64,000 nucleotides of DNA, taken from Macrostomum lignano. Its lineage: Eukaryota. This document shows positions 22,741 through 35,590 of this stretch, piece by piece. A model generated the notes under the pieces. That model did not search any database. It worked only from the letters and a program-made list of their open reading frames with translations, and was not told the origin of the DNA. Position 1 is the stretch's first letter. Each line of letters starts with the position of its first letter. Both the position numbers and the translations under genes were made by a program. The stretch spans positions 1 to 64,000 of the forward strand of contig NIVC01001950.1 of NCBI GenBank assembly GCA_002269645.1. The letters run 5' to 3'.

Positions 22741-24351
22741 ATAGCCGTGAAAGTTATCAACAATATTAACCAAGCTGTAACGGGCATTGTCAATGCAGAT
22801 GATTTAGCCTATCATCGTGAATTGGCATTCCAACCGGCAGAGGTTTATCTCGCATTTCGACGCTTAGTACACGTTGATCAGCTGCCGGCTTAACATCTAA
22901 CTGATGCTTGGCCCTCTTGCTGCTCAATTATTGATATATTAGTATTAATATTATTAGTGATATATTAATATTTAAGTAGCAGTGTCGGACACCGGCGCTT
23001 GCGCCGTCCTTAGGCTTGTCATGAGCCACGGTCCGGCTCTGCTGCCCTGGAGTAATGCAGTACAGTGATAAAGTGGAATACAAAATTGATATCTGCCATG
23101 TATGATTAAGATGATAGCTGATATCTGAGTGATATCCAATTAAGAACAATGTAGGTCTAATAGGTCTGTTTAGGGCTTTTGTTGAATAGCTGTATTATCC
23201 AAAATTATCAGAAAAACACTTTAACGTCGTCAGTGAAAAATCCAGCTGCTGCACTGGAAGACGTAGAAATTACGGTATGAGGCATGTCTTGAGGGTCACG
23301 ATTAGCCCAGTCGGTTGCCGGTTTGACTCAGGCAGCAGGCAGGCCCATCCAGCCAGACCAGCTCTACACTAAAGGGCAGATAACAAAGCTGAGGTTCGAA
23401 GGCCAAGCCAGCAGCCTGCGAACGCGTGACACAGTAGACTCGCAGCAATGCTTTGGGGGGGTGATATGGTTGCCTGACAACGGGACAGAGAAAAATGCTC
23501 GAGCGATAACCCTGCCCCGCTCAAACTATGCATTGCTCTTCATTTTGTCAACTAAACCAGTTTGCTTGCTTGACTATAAAATACACTGTCTTGAATAATT
23601 TGCGGCAGAGAAAGCTTCGGAATGTGAGTCTCACACTCATAACAGGGCCCTCAGAGGCCAGTGTGTTCGAAAGTCTTTCTGACTTGTGAGCAGAAGATAG
23701 CTGGAATAAAAACTGTTATAGCATGTATAAATGGCGTGACCGTGACACGGTCAGTAATAAATTGGTTCTCAATACACTAATCTTTAATTTAGGAAAATTC
23801 AACAACTATTCTGATACAAACGAATATTTAATACATTGGCATATTTTTATTCTCCTTCAAACTATACACAGTCGTATAATACTGTTAATGTATACTTTAA
23901 CTCTATAGACAACATTCTTCAAACATCGGGTCGAAATATGACGATTGTTAGCGAATTAAATCTAAGAAAATAATGAGAACTAATTTCCTGCCAAAATCTT
24001 GTACATATAAACAATAATCTAAAAAAAAACTGACAACACTTCGAGCAACTCTCGTTGTAAAAAAACGAATTATATATTTTAGTGTAAAAAAACTAAAAAT
24101 AACTTTATCCCATATATAACGTTGTCATGGAAATGACAACAGTTCAGCGTCGCTTTAGTTAACATGACGATCGGACAATTTAATTGCCGTCTTAAACTAG
24201 TACGTGTATCATATTCCATGTGAATATGTAGTGTAAATCCAAAACCAGATGAAATTCGCATATGTTCGCATAAAATCCACATATACTAATAGCCAATCCA
24301 GTACATATGGCGTCCACAACTACAAATCAGTGATAAAACTTTGCATATTTC

Positions 24352-24536
24352 CAGAGGCGGCGGAGCCTAATATTTTTTTAGGGGGGGGGCAGCACAGTGC
24401 AATGGGGGGCACAGGTACCTTTATAACTGTTAATTAGGGACTAAAAGTCAGAAAAAGCACTAAAAGTTACCGCGTGGACTCATTTTCTGAGGGAGGGGGG
24501 CACGTGTCCCCGGCGCCGCAAGCTCCCGCCGCCCAG
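24352..24536. mobile_element. Short MITE-like element
   Basis: Imperfect TIRs CAGAGGCGGCGGAGC...GCTCCCGCCGCCCAG and internal G runs. Similar size and style to 1710-1888. Confidence 0.45.
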
Positions 24537-24620
24537 CAGCTCTGTTTAAAATAGTTAATAGTTTATCGGTTGAACTCGATCAATTCAATTAAACTCAAAT
24601 CATCATCATCACCTCTAAGT

Positions 24621-24965
24621 ATGGCGCAACGGCTTAACAATGTCATCTTCGAGCGAGACCCAGCTGGCAACAAAACGCGAACGAGCATAACGTAAGCGCT
24701 TTGATTATACAAGTTGATTCTAACATACTTCAGCATTTGTACGTACGAGTATGCCCATGAGATAATTTATATGAGAAATATGCTGTTGTTCATAACAAAT
24801 GTATTTTGTTTTAGGCACACATTTAATATGTGTAAAATCACGGCGGAGGCTCGTAACAAGATCCGCGTACAGTTAAACCTGGTATCCATGGGTCTATACT
24901 ATGAGCTGACAGCTGACGAAATCGATTTTAAAATTGTAAAATTGCAAGGAAAACAAAAAACATAA
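24621..24965 (+). CDS. Small spliced ORF of unknown function (~73-76 aa)
   Basis: Exon 24621-24691 (GTAAGC donor), optional 9-nt exon 24734-24742, exon 24815-24965. Phases are compatible: MAQRLNNVIFERDPAGNKTRTSIT(ICT)HTFNMCKITAEARNKIRVQLNL... Confidence 0.45.
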
Positions 24966-25011
24966 CATACGAGTATTAGCAAGCAAAATGCATAACGCAG
25001 ATAGTGTTCCG

Positions 25012-25470
25012 TTACCCCTGCTTATCCTGCTGCTGCTGCTGCTGTTGCTGCTGCTGTCCCGGCTGCTTCTGCCTTGGCTGCCCCTGTTTCTGCTGCGGTT
25101 TCTTTTTATGCCAACAATTTTTGGCAATATGCCCCGCCTTTTTACAGACGAAGCATTTCTCTGCAATACAGAAATTATTGTTTCTAAGTATTTATGCTAT
25201 TTATATACATACGTGTATGTAAATACACATTTATATTGATACAGACTTACTTTGCACCGAACCCATCCCGACTCCTCCGCCATCTTTTCCACCACCTCCG
25301 CCTCGGCCGCCGTCTCCGCCTCGGCCGCCGCCTTCGCCTTGCCCGCCTCCGCATTGCCCGACTCCGCCTTGCCCGACTCCGCCTCGCGCGCCACCGCCTC
25401 GCCCGCCACCGCCTCGCCCGCCTCCGCCTCGCCCGCCTCCCTGTTCGTTAAAATACAGTTTAACGATCAT
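25012..25470 (-). CDS. RGG/Gly-rich + CCHC zinc-knuckle + polyQ protein (two exons visible, 122 aa; may have upstream exons)
   Basis: Exon 25470-25251 (GTAAGT donor, phase 1) and exon 25160-25012 (TTGCAG acceptor) join in frame: GGRGG...GSVQKKCFVCKKAGHIAKNCW...Q10DKQG*. Confidence 0.7.
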
Positions 25471-26093
25471 CTGAAAGAAGAAAGTTATGCAACTAATATT
25501 AGCTGTGTGACTGTCTGTATCTAATGTGTCGTCTGTACATAGACTGCACTGCTCGTATAAATTCTCAATAGGCTAGTCACAAGCATTACTTTGACGTGGT
25601 ATTTGACTACTTTATTAATTTTTATAAATTAAATGGAACAAATTCATAATTTTATAAAATTATATTAAAATGAAAATTGCATTTTTTAGAAACGAATAAA
25701 AAGGTACTCAAAACGGAGAGTAGTACAGCTTAGCTGCTAATATAAGTAGAATACACTCTGACAGGAGTGACAATATGGCAATTTATTTACGTTAATTTAC
25801 AAAACTGTTTAGGCAAATTTGTTAACATTTGTTAAGATTTGTAAAAATCCTAATTATACTCCGGTTGCGCTAACGCTATTGGAAAATATTAATGTTTTAA
25901 CGCTCCTCAACTAATAAACGTTTTACAACGAACTTGTGCTGTTATACGAAGATAATATTCCATAAACATGCCAACTAATAAACTGACAGTAAACAGTACA
26001 TAGATAATTATACAGAAAAACAGACATATGAACTTTGTCATATGGACAAAGAACTAAGGCCAAAAGACCTCATGACTGGGCCTAGTGAAGACT

Positions 26094-26097
<4 letters not shown>

Positions 26098-26167
<70 letters not shown>

Positions 26168-26344
26168 GGAAGGAGCCAAAGAGTTTTAGTGGCGAATGGA
26201 ATTTAAATTTGTTTTGCTTTTATGGATTTAAAAGACAAGGAGCCATTAACCATGTCAGCTATCAGTTAAGCGTAGACTTTAACCTTTGGCGTAGGGCTAA
26301 TACGCATTTGGCCAAAATCATATCCAGAGGGAGGTGATATTAGA

Positions 26345-26375
<31 letters not shown>

Positions 26376-26745
26376 AGATATATAGATATAAGAGAGAGAA
26401 GACTGAGGGGAGAAAGGAAAGAAGTAGAAAGTAGGGGTCACTGCATAAACAGTTTTTGTCGAATGGAGCTTTAATTAACTCTTACTGCTTTTATGGATAT
26501 TATAGATTAAATAGACTTACATATGGTTCATAGATAGATACATAGATGGATAGATGGACAGAAGAGACAAACATACAATCTGACAGACAGATATGAACAG
26601 ATGAACAGAAAGATAGACAGTTAAACGGATGAACAGACAGAAAGACAGACAGACAGACAAGCAGACAGACAGGCAGACAGACAGAGAGACAGACAGACAG
26701 AGAGACAAACAGACTGTTAAAGAGATGAACATACGATCAGACAAA
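26098..26745. repeat. Microsatellite cluster (AG)n, (GATATA)n, (GACA)n
   Basis: Pure (AG)n at ~26098-26160, AT/GATATA at 26340-26390, GACA at 26580-26745. Confidence 0.9.
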
Positions 26746-27289
26746 CTTAGACAAACACTCTGGAAAAACATACAAGTGTGTACACTAAATGTGAAAAATT
26801 GTCTAATATAAGAAGATGCTAACTGGTTAAAAAAATAGGGTATTGAACAGAGTGAGAGAAAGAGTTTTGCAGAATAAATGCTAAGCATAACACTTAATAA
26901 ATGCACAATTTCATTTGCAGTTTGGACAACACAGTATAGTTTGACTTAAATTTACTATAAAAAGCAAAAATGACGTATCAATGGAATTTGAACAGAATTA
27001 AAGTATCTGATTGTAGGGAAAGTTTTCGGAATTTTTAAAACATTTCAATACAACTTTTTTCTTGAATTTTCTAGAACTTTTTTATGAGTTTAATACGGTA
27101 TTACTTATTCCCAGTCCGAGTCCCATTCCCAGTCCACCATCAAGACCTCCAGGGTGTAGGATTGGTAGCTCGTACAAGCGCTACAAGAATGGACAACTGT
27201 TTTGATTTGTTTTGTTTTGTTTTGAAAGCTAAAAGCTAAACTCAAGTGCTGGGTGTCGCACAAACTGGCAGCCCGTGACCTGGATATCT

Positions 27290-27557
27290 GGCCATTCTCA
27301 CTGCTGCTGACGCTGGGTTGGGAGGTTCTTCTCCACCCATATTACAGCCCAGATCTTGTGCCTACCGACTACCACCTTTTGCCGCGCTCAGCCAGTCCAT
27401 GGCTGCTCACAGCTTCAAAGATGAGGAGGACTTGGAGAAGCATCTGCGTGACTTATTCGACTCTCACAACTCCGAGTGGTACCGCAAAAGCATCCATTCT
27501 ATGTATGGACTTTGGCAGGAGGTTATCGCCTCTGATGGAAATTACATTGAGTACTAA
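27290..27557 (+). pseudogene. Mariner transposase C-terminal fragment
   Basis: LGWEVLLHPYYSPDLVPTDYHL (YSPDL motif), then a frameshift to ...SFKDEEDLEKHLRDLFDS...WQEVIASDGNYIEY*. Confidence 0.85.
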
Positions 27558-27649
27558 TAAATTAATAAAAATAATATTATGTCTGAATGAAGTGACTCGA
27601 TATTCCAAAGAACTTTTACTACAATCATCAGATAAGCATCGTTTTTAGC

Positions 27650-28670
27650 AACAGTTTTTCAACTTTATGTTTCGCTGTAGCGATCGCATGCATGCCAGTC
27701 GTTGAGTACTTGTCGTTGAAAGTTTGACACCAGATCGCCCAGCAGAGAATGAACAACTGGCACTGCGTACCACCTTCGTTGCTGTCGGTGAACATCTTGC
27801 ATGTCAGGTACGCTGCAGTTGTGAATGACTTAGTCGCAACGCCCTGGCTCGTGTTACATGTAAATGTCAAATTGGATTACAACTTTTATCAAAAAAAACA
27901 AATAGAGGGTGTCATATAGTCATGACAATGGTGAATAATACAAATGAAAGCTTACCTGAATTGCGGTGCTTTTCGTTTTTCTAAATTTCAGAAACAGTTT
28001 TTCAACTTTATGTCTCGCTGTAGCGATCGCATGCATGCCAGTCGTTGAGTACTTTTCGTTGAAAGTTTGACACCAGATCGCCCAGCAGAGAATGAACAAC
28101 TGGCACTGCGTACCACCTTGGTTGCTGTCGGTGAACATATTGCATGTCAGGTACGCTGCAGTTGTGAATGACTTAGTCGCAACGCCCTGGCTCGTGTTAC
28201 ATGTAAATGTCAAATTGGATTACAACTTTTATCAAAAAACAAATAGAGGGTGTCATATAGTCATGACAATGGTGAATAATACAAATGAAAGCTAACCTGA
28301 ATTGCGGTGCTTTTCGTTTTTCTAAATTTCAGAAACAGTTTTTCAACTTTGTCTCGCTGTAGCGATCGCATGCATGCCAGTCGTTGAGTACCCGTCGTTG
28401 AAAGTTTGACACCAGATCGCCCAGCAGAGAATGAACAACTGGCACTGCGTACCACCTTCGTTGCTGTCGGTGAACATCTTGCATGTCAGGTACGCTGCAG
28501 TTGTGAATGACTTAGTCGCAACGCCCTGGCTCGTGTTACATGTAAATGTCAAATTGGATTACAACTTTTATCAAAAAACAAATAGAGGGTGTCATATAGT
28601 CATGACAATGGTGAATAATGCAAATGAAACCTTACCTGATTTGCGGTGCTTCTCGTCTTTCTAAATGTTT
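27650..28670. repeat. Three tandem copies of a ~342-bp unit
   Basis: Unit starts at 27650, 27993 and 28334, with high identity between copies. Confidence 0.9.
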
Positions 28671-29049
28671 CGCAACTACACGAATGGAGTACTGATGATA
28701 TGGATGCGAAAGAAGCATTTTCTACAAACAGTAGAAAGAAGTGGAAAAATAAATTGTCAAAAATCTTGAAATGTTAACAATTTTGAGCTGTGGAAAAAAT
28801 TCACAGATGGAACGAGAAGAATAACGAATGCATAAAAATACGCCTTAATGAATGAAATAACGCATACAATAAGATTATAGGATTATATTCATATGCAGTA
28901 TGTCAGTGAACCTAATCATCCCTTCACCCAATTTCAACCGGACCATATTTCATTCTAGATAGCTCGTATTGCCCCGTCTTTTCCCAATAAACCAACAGTT
29001 GCTTTAGAAGCAGCCAGCATCCGCAATTCCCAAATAATTATTTGGCCAA

Positions 29050-29420
29050 GAAGCCAAGATCCCCTCTAATCACCAAACGTATTTACGAAGCCAGGATCTC
29101 CTCTGATCAGCAGAGTATTTGAAAAGCCAAAATCCCTTCTAATCATCACAGTAATTGAGAAGCCACATTCCCATCTAATCACCACAGTATTTGAGAGCCC
29201 ATAATCTCTTTTAATCACCCAAAGTATTTAAGACCCCAAAATCCACTCTAATCACTCAAAGTATTTGAGAGCCCAAGATCCCCTCTAATCACCCAAAGTA
29301 TTTGAGAGCCCAAGATACCTTCTAATCATCCAAAGTATTTACGAAGCCAAGATCTCCTCTGATCACCAGAGTATTTGAGAAGCCCAATCCTCTCTAATCA
29401 TCACAGAATTCGAGAGCCCA
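29050..29420. repeat. ~37-bp minisatellite (~10 copies)
   Basis: GAGAGCCCAAGATCCCCTCTAATCACCCAAAGTATTT-like units. Confidence 0.85.
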
Positions 29421-29429
29421 GAAACCAGC

Positions 29430-32400
29430 CAGTCAGCGGTTGCCTTCCAGTACAAGTTGCATTGATTATCCGCACTGGATTGTTATCATCGACAATTTTT
29501 CGCAGCTCCTCATAGTTTGCATTAGACACGTCTTCATTTGTGTGGTACAACAGCGCGCATTTGCCGTCAACATCTAGCGGTAGCATGTCTGCAGCTGCTA
29601 CTTGACACTTGTCCATTAAAGTCTTCCAAATGGCTTCGGTTACTTTGCCTTCGCGAAGAGACTCTAGAATGCTGGCAAACTCTGTGTCATTTGCTTGACG
29701 CACCTGCTTGTTTAGATGAACAACCGTTTTGAAACTCTAGTACACTTGATAGCCAATCGGTGTCAAGTAATCTTTAGCATTCTTGTTAAACACATACAGC
29801 TGTTTGTCTTGCACGGGAGGCAGCTGAAACACATCGCCAACCAAAATGATTGACCGTCCGCCGAAATATCCTTCTTCAAGCGTGTCTCGCTTCTCCTCAG
29901 GAAACAGTTCGCACAGACGGTTGTGCACCTTTGCCAGTGTCCTTTGGCCAACCATGCTAAACTCGTCAATGATTATGTAGCGCACATATGACCATACCGA
30001 TTGCATGTCTGACAATGCCTTGCTGCTGCCCGAAGTCGTTGAACCGTCAGCATTAGTAGTACAGGTCGTAGTCGAAAACTTTACGTTCAACTTTAACGCT
30101 GAATGCAGTGTCTCGCCAGCAATGTTGAACGCAGCCACACCAGTCGGTGCCAATACTTTGCACTTGTCCTCGCCAATCAATTTTCGTAGTGCAGCAATCA
30201 GAAAACTCTTGCCTGTTCCAGCGCTGCCATACAAAATTACTCGCAGTGGTGGAGGCATCTTTAAGACAATCATGTCTTAGAGCTTCCGCTGTCTCTCATT
30301 CAGCAGTGAAACGTCAATCGTTTGACGATTAGCGCCTGCACCATCTTCGATGGTAATTCCAGCTACACATTTAACAGCCTTAGTCAGTTCGGTCATTAAA
30401 AACTGCTTTGCCTCTGCCAGACTCGGAAATTGCCAATCTGAAGCAGCACTCCAATCGAAACCTGGCGCAACTGGCAGAGTATCTTCCGGATTCTTGTTCA
30501 CATTCAGCTGAATGTCCGCATGCCTTGCACCCAGTGCTGCCATCCAATCCTCTTGCTGACGCTCCGGATAAGCTGGACCAGCAACTGATTCGGCATTGGC
30601 TGCAGTCATGTCTGGCAAACCGGCGACTGCTTCGCGTTCCTCCTCGTCGGCTTCATCGTTGCGCAGGTCGTCCAAATCGGGCACAACCAGCTGACACGCT
30701 TCCGTTTGCATCATCGCCTCGTAGGCCTCGCGCCAGCTTGAATGTGATCCCTTTGCTTGCTCTACGGTTCGCCAACAGCTCCATAGTAGTACCTGCTGCC
30801 GATAGTATTGTTCGCGCCGTTTCTCATCAATTTCTGTTGTACGCAAAAACGGACTCACAATCAAAACTGCTTCCTTTCCCGCTGGTCGCTTCTTGTAGAC
30901 GGCAACTTGTTCACCACCGCGTCTTTGTTGACGCATCGGGGGAATATAGTCCGAAAAGAATCGATACATTGTCTCATTCTCCAATTGTGCCGGCCGACTC
31001 GCGTACTTTTCATTGCTTATCTTTCAAACGCCTCGACTCTCAATCGCTCTAGTCTCGCCAGTTTGAACGTAGACAAACTCTCGCGACGCCTTGTACATCG
31101 GTGTCTGTAATACCAGATGCATAGCCTCTTGTGCTGAATAGTCGCGCGCTCCAAATTGCATCATCTAGTGCTGCTGAACAATGCGACGTGCAGTATTTGT
31201 TCGGCTATACTCGTCGTGCTGCTGATTATTATCATTTTCTGCTGCATTATCAATGTCCACTGACTCCGGCTGCTGCTGCTGCTGCTGCTCCATAGAAAGA
31301 TAGCGACAATTCAACTCTTGCAACTGCTCCGATTCCTTCTCTCCTTTGCTTGCATACTTGATCAAATAGCGAATCAAATCTTTGGCCGACGAAATCATCT
31401 GAATGTCTAGGTTAGCTCTCCACATGCACAGTACTTGAGGATTGTACATGCCAATATATTGGTCGTTGCGCTGCGTCTCAACCTTCCAGTTTAAACTCGA
31501 CAGCCTCTTAGCGACAGTCTTTTTCTGCAAATCTCGCGGATATTTGTATCGACACTTCATAGAGCCGTTCTTTTCCTTTCGTAGGCACCGATTACTGCAC
31601 ATTGAGTGCCTCATGTTGTTGTGAAGAAGTGCTTGCAAATCGGCTTTATCGTCAATGATTTCGGACGGCTTCAATCGAGCCGGCTGCTCTCCTACTCCGC
31701 CAGAGGAAATTTCGCGACCGCTATCTGATTCGTCTATGCACGTGTTCCAACTGCAAATGTACTTGTCCACAAAGGCAACTAAATCTTCTGCATGCAAGGA
31801 TTCCGAAGTCACATCCACTCCGCCCGGCATCCAAACGCAGCCATGAACATGCGGGCTTCCTCGACTCTGATACTCTATGCGATACCAAAAGTCCTTTACT
31901 TTCCAGTGCTCAACAAAAAATCTTTGCAAAAACAATTCAAAACGAATCCAAAACACAGTATCCGCCATGCCAGGATCCTTTTGCAGTCTGGAAAGCAACT
32001 CGTCTCGGATTTCTTGCCAATTATCGTTGTCGACGTCTTCTTTGATTTTCCAAGCTTGCAACATCTCTGGCCAGTAAATATCCGCCGCCGATAGCGTCAC
32101 AAAATAGTGCGGCAAACCAATTGTTATAATCATTGCTTCCAACTGTCTACGCTTGCTTTGCCAATAGCTGGCTGTTCCACGCAACTCTGACGCTCTAGCT
32201 GACACGCTGGACATCACTGCTGGATCTTTCAGCTTCTCCAGCATCTCTGGCGGACTTAAGCCAGCCAAATTCTTGTCGTGCACAAACACTCGTCCAACTT
32301 CCAACGCTCTCCATCGCATCAACATGTTCTCAATGAAAAAGCGAAAGCGAGGATCGCGACGAAATCTCGAGCAGTGAAACTGCATCAAATGCTTCGCATA

Positions 32401-34915
32401 GTCGCCCAGGCTTATCGAACGAACTCGCGGGGTCTTGTAGTCGCCTCTGCCGTCAGGAAATAGGTGAGGATAGGCCAGACTAAACAAGCCCTCCTGTTCG
32501 AATTCATTCACCGGTACTCGGCTCGATCTTGGCCATTGCAATTTCTCTTCTAGCAAACGATCGCAAATATTTACTTCCAAACGACGCAATGGCGTATTCA
32601 GCAAAGCGCTTGTCGTCTCTTCCAACTGAGCTTCTTCCGTTTGTTGCCTTTGCTCATCTTCATCTGGCTGCCTGGCTTCCTCTTCAGCCGCATCCAGATC
32701 AACATTGACATCTTGAGTGTCCATTTGATTAACCATTTCATTAATTTTCTGCGCATATCCATTCTCTGGCAACGAATTCAACGCTTCGCGATCAATACCG
32801 ACAGAAAATCGTTGAAAATATTGATTATTATTAATCAGATACCTGATTGCATTTAACACCTTGTCGCGTCTCACTCGCAGATTGTTCATCGCTCCCGTAA
32901 CTGTACTGCCAGGATTGTTTTGCATCTTTTTGTCATACTTAAGCACCACAGGTAGAGTTCGTCTGGGCAATTCTCTGACAACGCTTGCCTGATCCTGCGG
33001 AAACATGATTCCATGCCCCCTCGAAGCATGCTGGCCTTGCGGAAACAACCGATAAACTACAATAACGGACAGTACCGGCGAAATCAGCATTTGCTCTGCA
33101 ACTGACAAATCGCGTAGTTCTTCCGGTTGCTCACATTGGATTGGCATTATTTTCGTCGCTAAATAGTTTTGGCTTTCCAGCATCTGTAACACATCGCTGG
33201 CATGATGCATCACTTTGTTGTCTAAAATAAACGCACGGAAACCTTTCTTTGCAGACCAAGCATCGCTTTAAATTACTCAGCCTCGAAGTACATTCTTGAA
33301 AAAACTCATTTCGCATCTTCTTGTACTGTTTAGTAAAAAGATTGCGAAGACATTGCGGCAAACTGATATTGCTAGCGCCTTGCTCTTCAACATCAGAATT
33401 GGGTTCTTCCTCCGCAACGTGCTGAATTTCCGGCACTTCGAACTCAATTTCAACTCGTTGATGCTGCTGCTGCTGCTGCTGATGCTGCTGCTGCTGCTCC
33501 TGTTGCTGCTGCTGCTGCTCAATGCGCGCCTTCTTTCTAGGCGAAGAACGACCCTGTTCAAGGTTGTCCGGTTTACGCCTGCACTTTGTCGGCGATGCTT
33601 CTAAACCAGTATTTGTAGGTCTAGATTGCTCATTACTGACCTTTTTTCTTGGTAAACTTCGACTCTTGCTTTGACCATTTTGTCCTCCTCTTTGTTGAGG
33701 CTTAGTCGTTGTCGGTCGCTGATGATCATTGCTCTCTTCCAGAACTACACTTGCCAACTCGAATTCTTCCTCCCGTGCAATGCAGCTCACTTTGTCAGAC
33801 TCTGCAGCCGCTCCAATACTGCTTAAATTCGATGTACCAACTGAAGAAGCGTCGTCACCTTCCTCCATGCGCCTTTTCTTGGCTAGTAATCGCTCGCTTC
33901 TACGCGTTGGACTGCCAGGCTTGACAACTCGCTTTCGGCGTCGAACTACACTTGAAGCGCAACTGTCAGAAGCTTCTGCTGACGACAATACAGACGCATT
34001 GCTGCTGCTGCTGCACGCTTTCGCGCTTAAACGACTGCTACGTCGCGTAGGACAACTCGGAACGCTTCGATTTCGACGACTCCACCGCGAAACACTCGAC
34101 GAAACCTTGCTGGTTGAATCATCGCCGCTACACACAGAGAGAGTTGGCTCCTCCTCTTCCGCATCTAGGTCGACATTCCATAGTACATTGAACCGATTCT
34201 CGTCGACTCTAATACTAAACTTGTTCTCTACATCAGTCGCAGCCGCACCTGGAACCGTCTTGCATGCTCGTCGGTTATATTTCACTTCTTTCCATTCTTG
34301 CACTTTCTGCGCAACACTCTGCATCGGAATCTCAGGAGGCGGTGGCGGCATTATCTTGGCTGCACCATCATCCACAGTGGCTAGACGAGACGATTGGCGC
34401 ACATGTACCGACTGGTAATGCTCACCTTGCCGATTGAAATGCAATCAAACTGTTGCTCGCGGTTCCACACCAACTGGGCCTAGATAAATGCCGTCGAGAT
34501 TCGAACCAGCGTCCATGTTCTGGTACACATAGATCTCAATGCCAAGCAGTCTAGCTGCTGCTGAAGCCACGTGGTCAGAAACATATTCGCCTTTCCGTTT
34601 GGTCTTTTCCAACAAATCGCTTTTCCAACAAAATGCTTCGGAAATGCTAGTGTCGTTCTCCGCGCTGTCAATCCAATTCTCCAACTCAACTGCCAGCGTT
34701 TGTCGAAGATTATCTGCGTTCATTTCCAAAGCTGTGCTTTGCAATTGATCCGACAGAGCCGAAAAGAAGCAGTTTCCATCACCTGGGAAGCGCTTCAACC
34801 AGCAGGCAGACAAAGGCACCCATTGTGGTGTACGGCCAACTTGTAGCGTCGCCAGACTCCCTCGGTCCTCCGTGTCATCTTCCAAAGTCGCGACACCTTT
34901 GAAGTTAAAAGACAT
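29430..34915 (-). pseudogene. Helitron/Helentron-type OTU-Rep-PIF1 helicase gene, disrupted and 3'-truncated
   Basis: OTU GDGNCFFSA...HY. Zn-binding CLVC..CQRC. Rep motifs PHYFVTLSAAD, YRIEYQSRGSPHVH and YLIKYASK. PIF1 motifs GSAGTGKS, IDEFSM, FGG..GDVFQLPPV and RQ..D..F. Five in-frame stops and one frameshift. Confidence 0.92.
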
Positions 34916-35590
34916 GTACTTTTTGTAATCAAGAATTGGATCAGCTTACCTTGGTCTGACTTTACAGTACTATAGTGCTAGTGCTTTACAACCCTCCAAC
35001 AACTGATATCTCCAATTCCTGACCCAGCCGCGATCTGTCCAGATCAAGTCACCAGCAGACTTGCCTAGAAGCGCTCTTGACCGTGCTCAAGGCCGTCTTT
35101 AGTTCGTATAATTGCATCAATCGATCGATTTTAACCATTTAAGCAACATTTAAGTGACTACCGAAAAACTCACTGTTAAAACTCAAACTATTAATTTTCC
35201 ATGAAAACCCACCCAACCAACAATAAGTCCTCTAACGCGATTGGTTCGAAAATGGCGCTGTAAATGTTGATGAAAGAATTACTCGAACGAACCATAATCT
35301 TTCATAATCGCTCCTCCCCAAAAATTCTTGAAGCTGAACTGCAAAAAACAACGTCAGTCAAACCAAATAAAGGACATCACAATACTACATTGACAAAATT
35401 CAAAGTAGCATTTGTGGAAATTCTCTATTGAAAAATCTGAGATATGACCAAACAAAAACTAAGTCCTAGAAAATCTTGAATACCAATAGTGTCACTTGTA
35501 GATTCTATATCAGCTTTCTTTAAATTTCAAAATCTTGATTTTAAAAAACTATTCCACCCGTAATAGACAGTAAGCTAAGACAGGCCTTAC

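Noticed and set aside
23323-23598. 91-aa ORF
   Set aside because: No start context, motif or second copy to support it.
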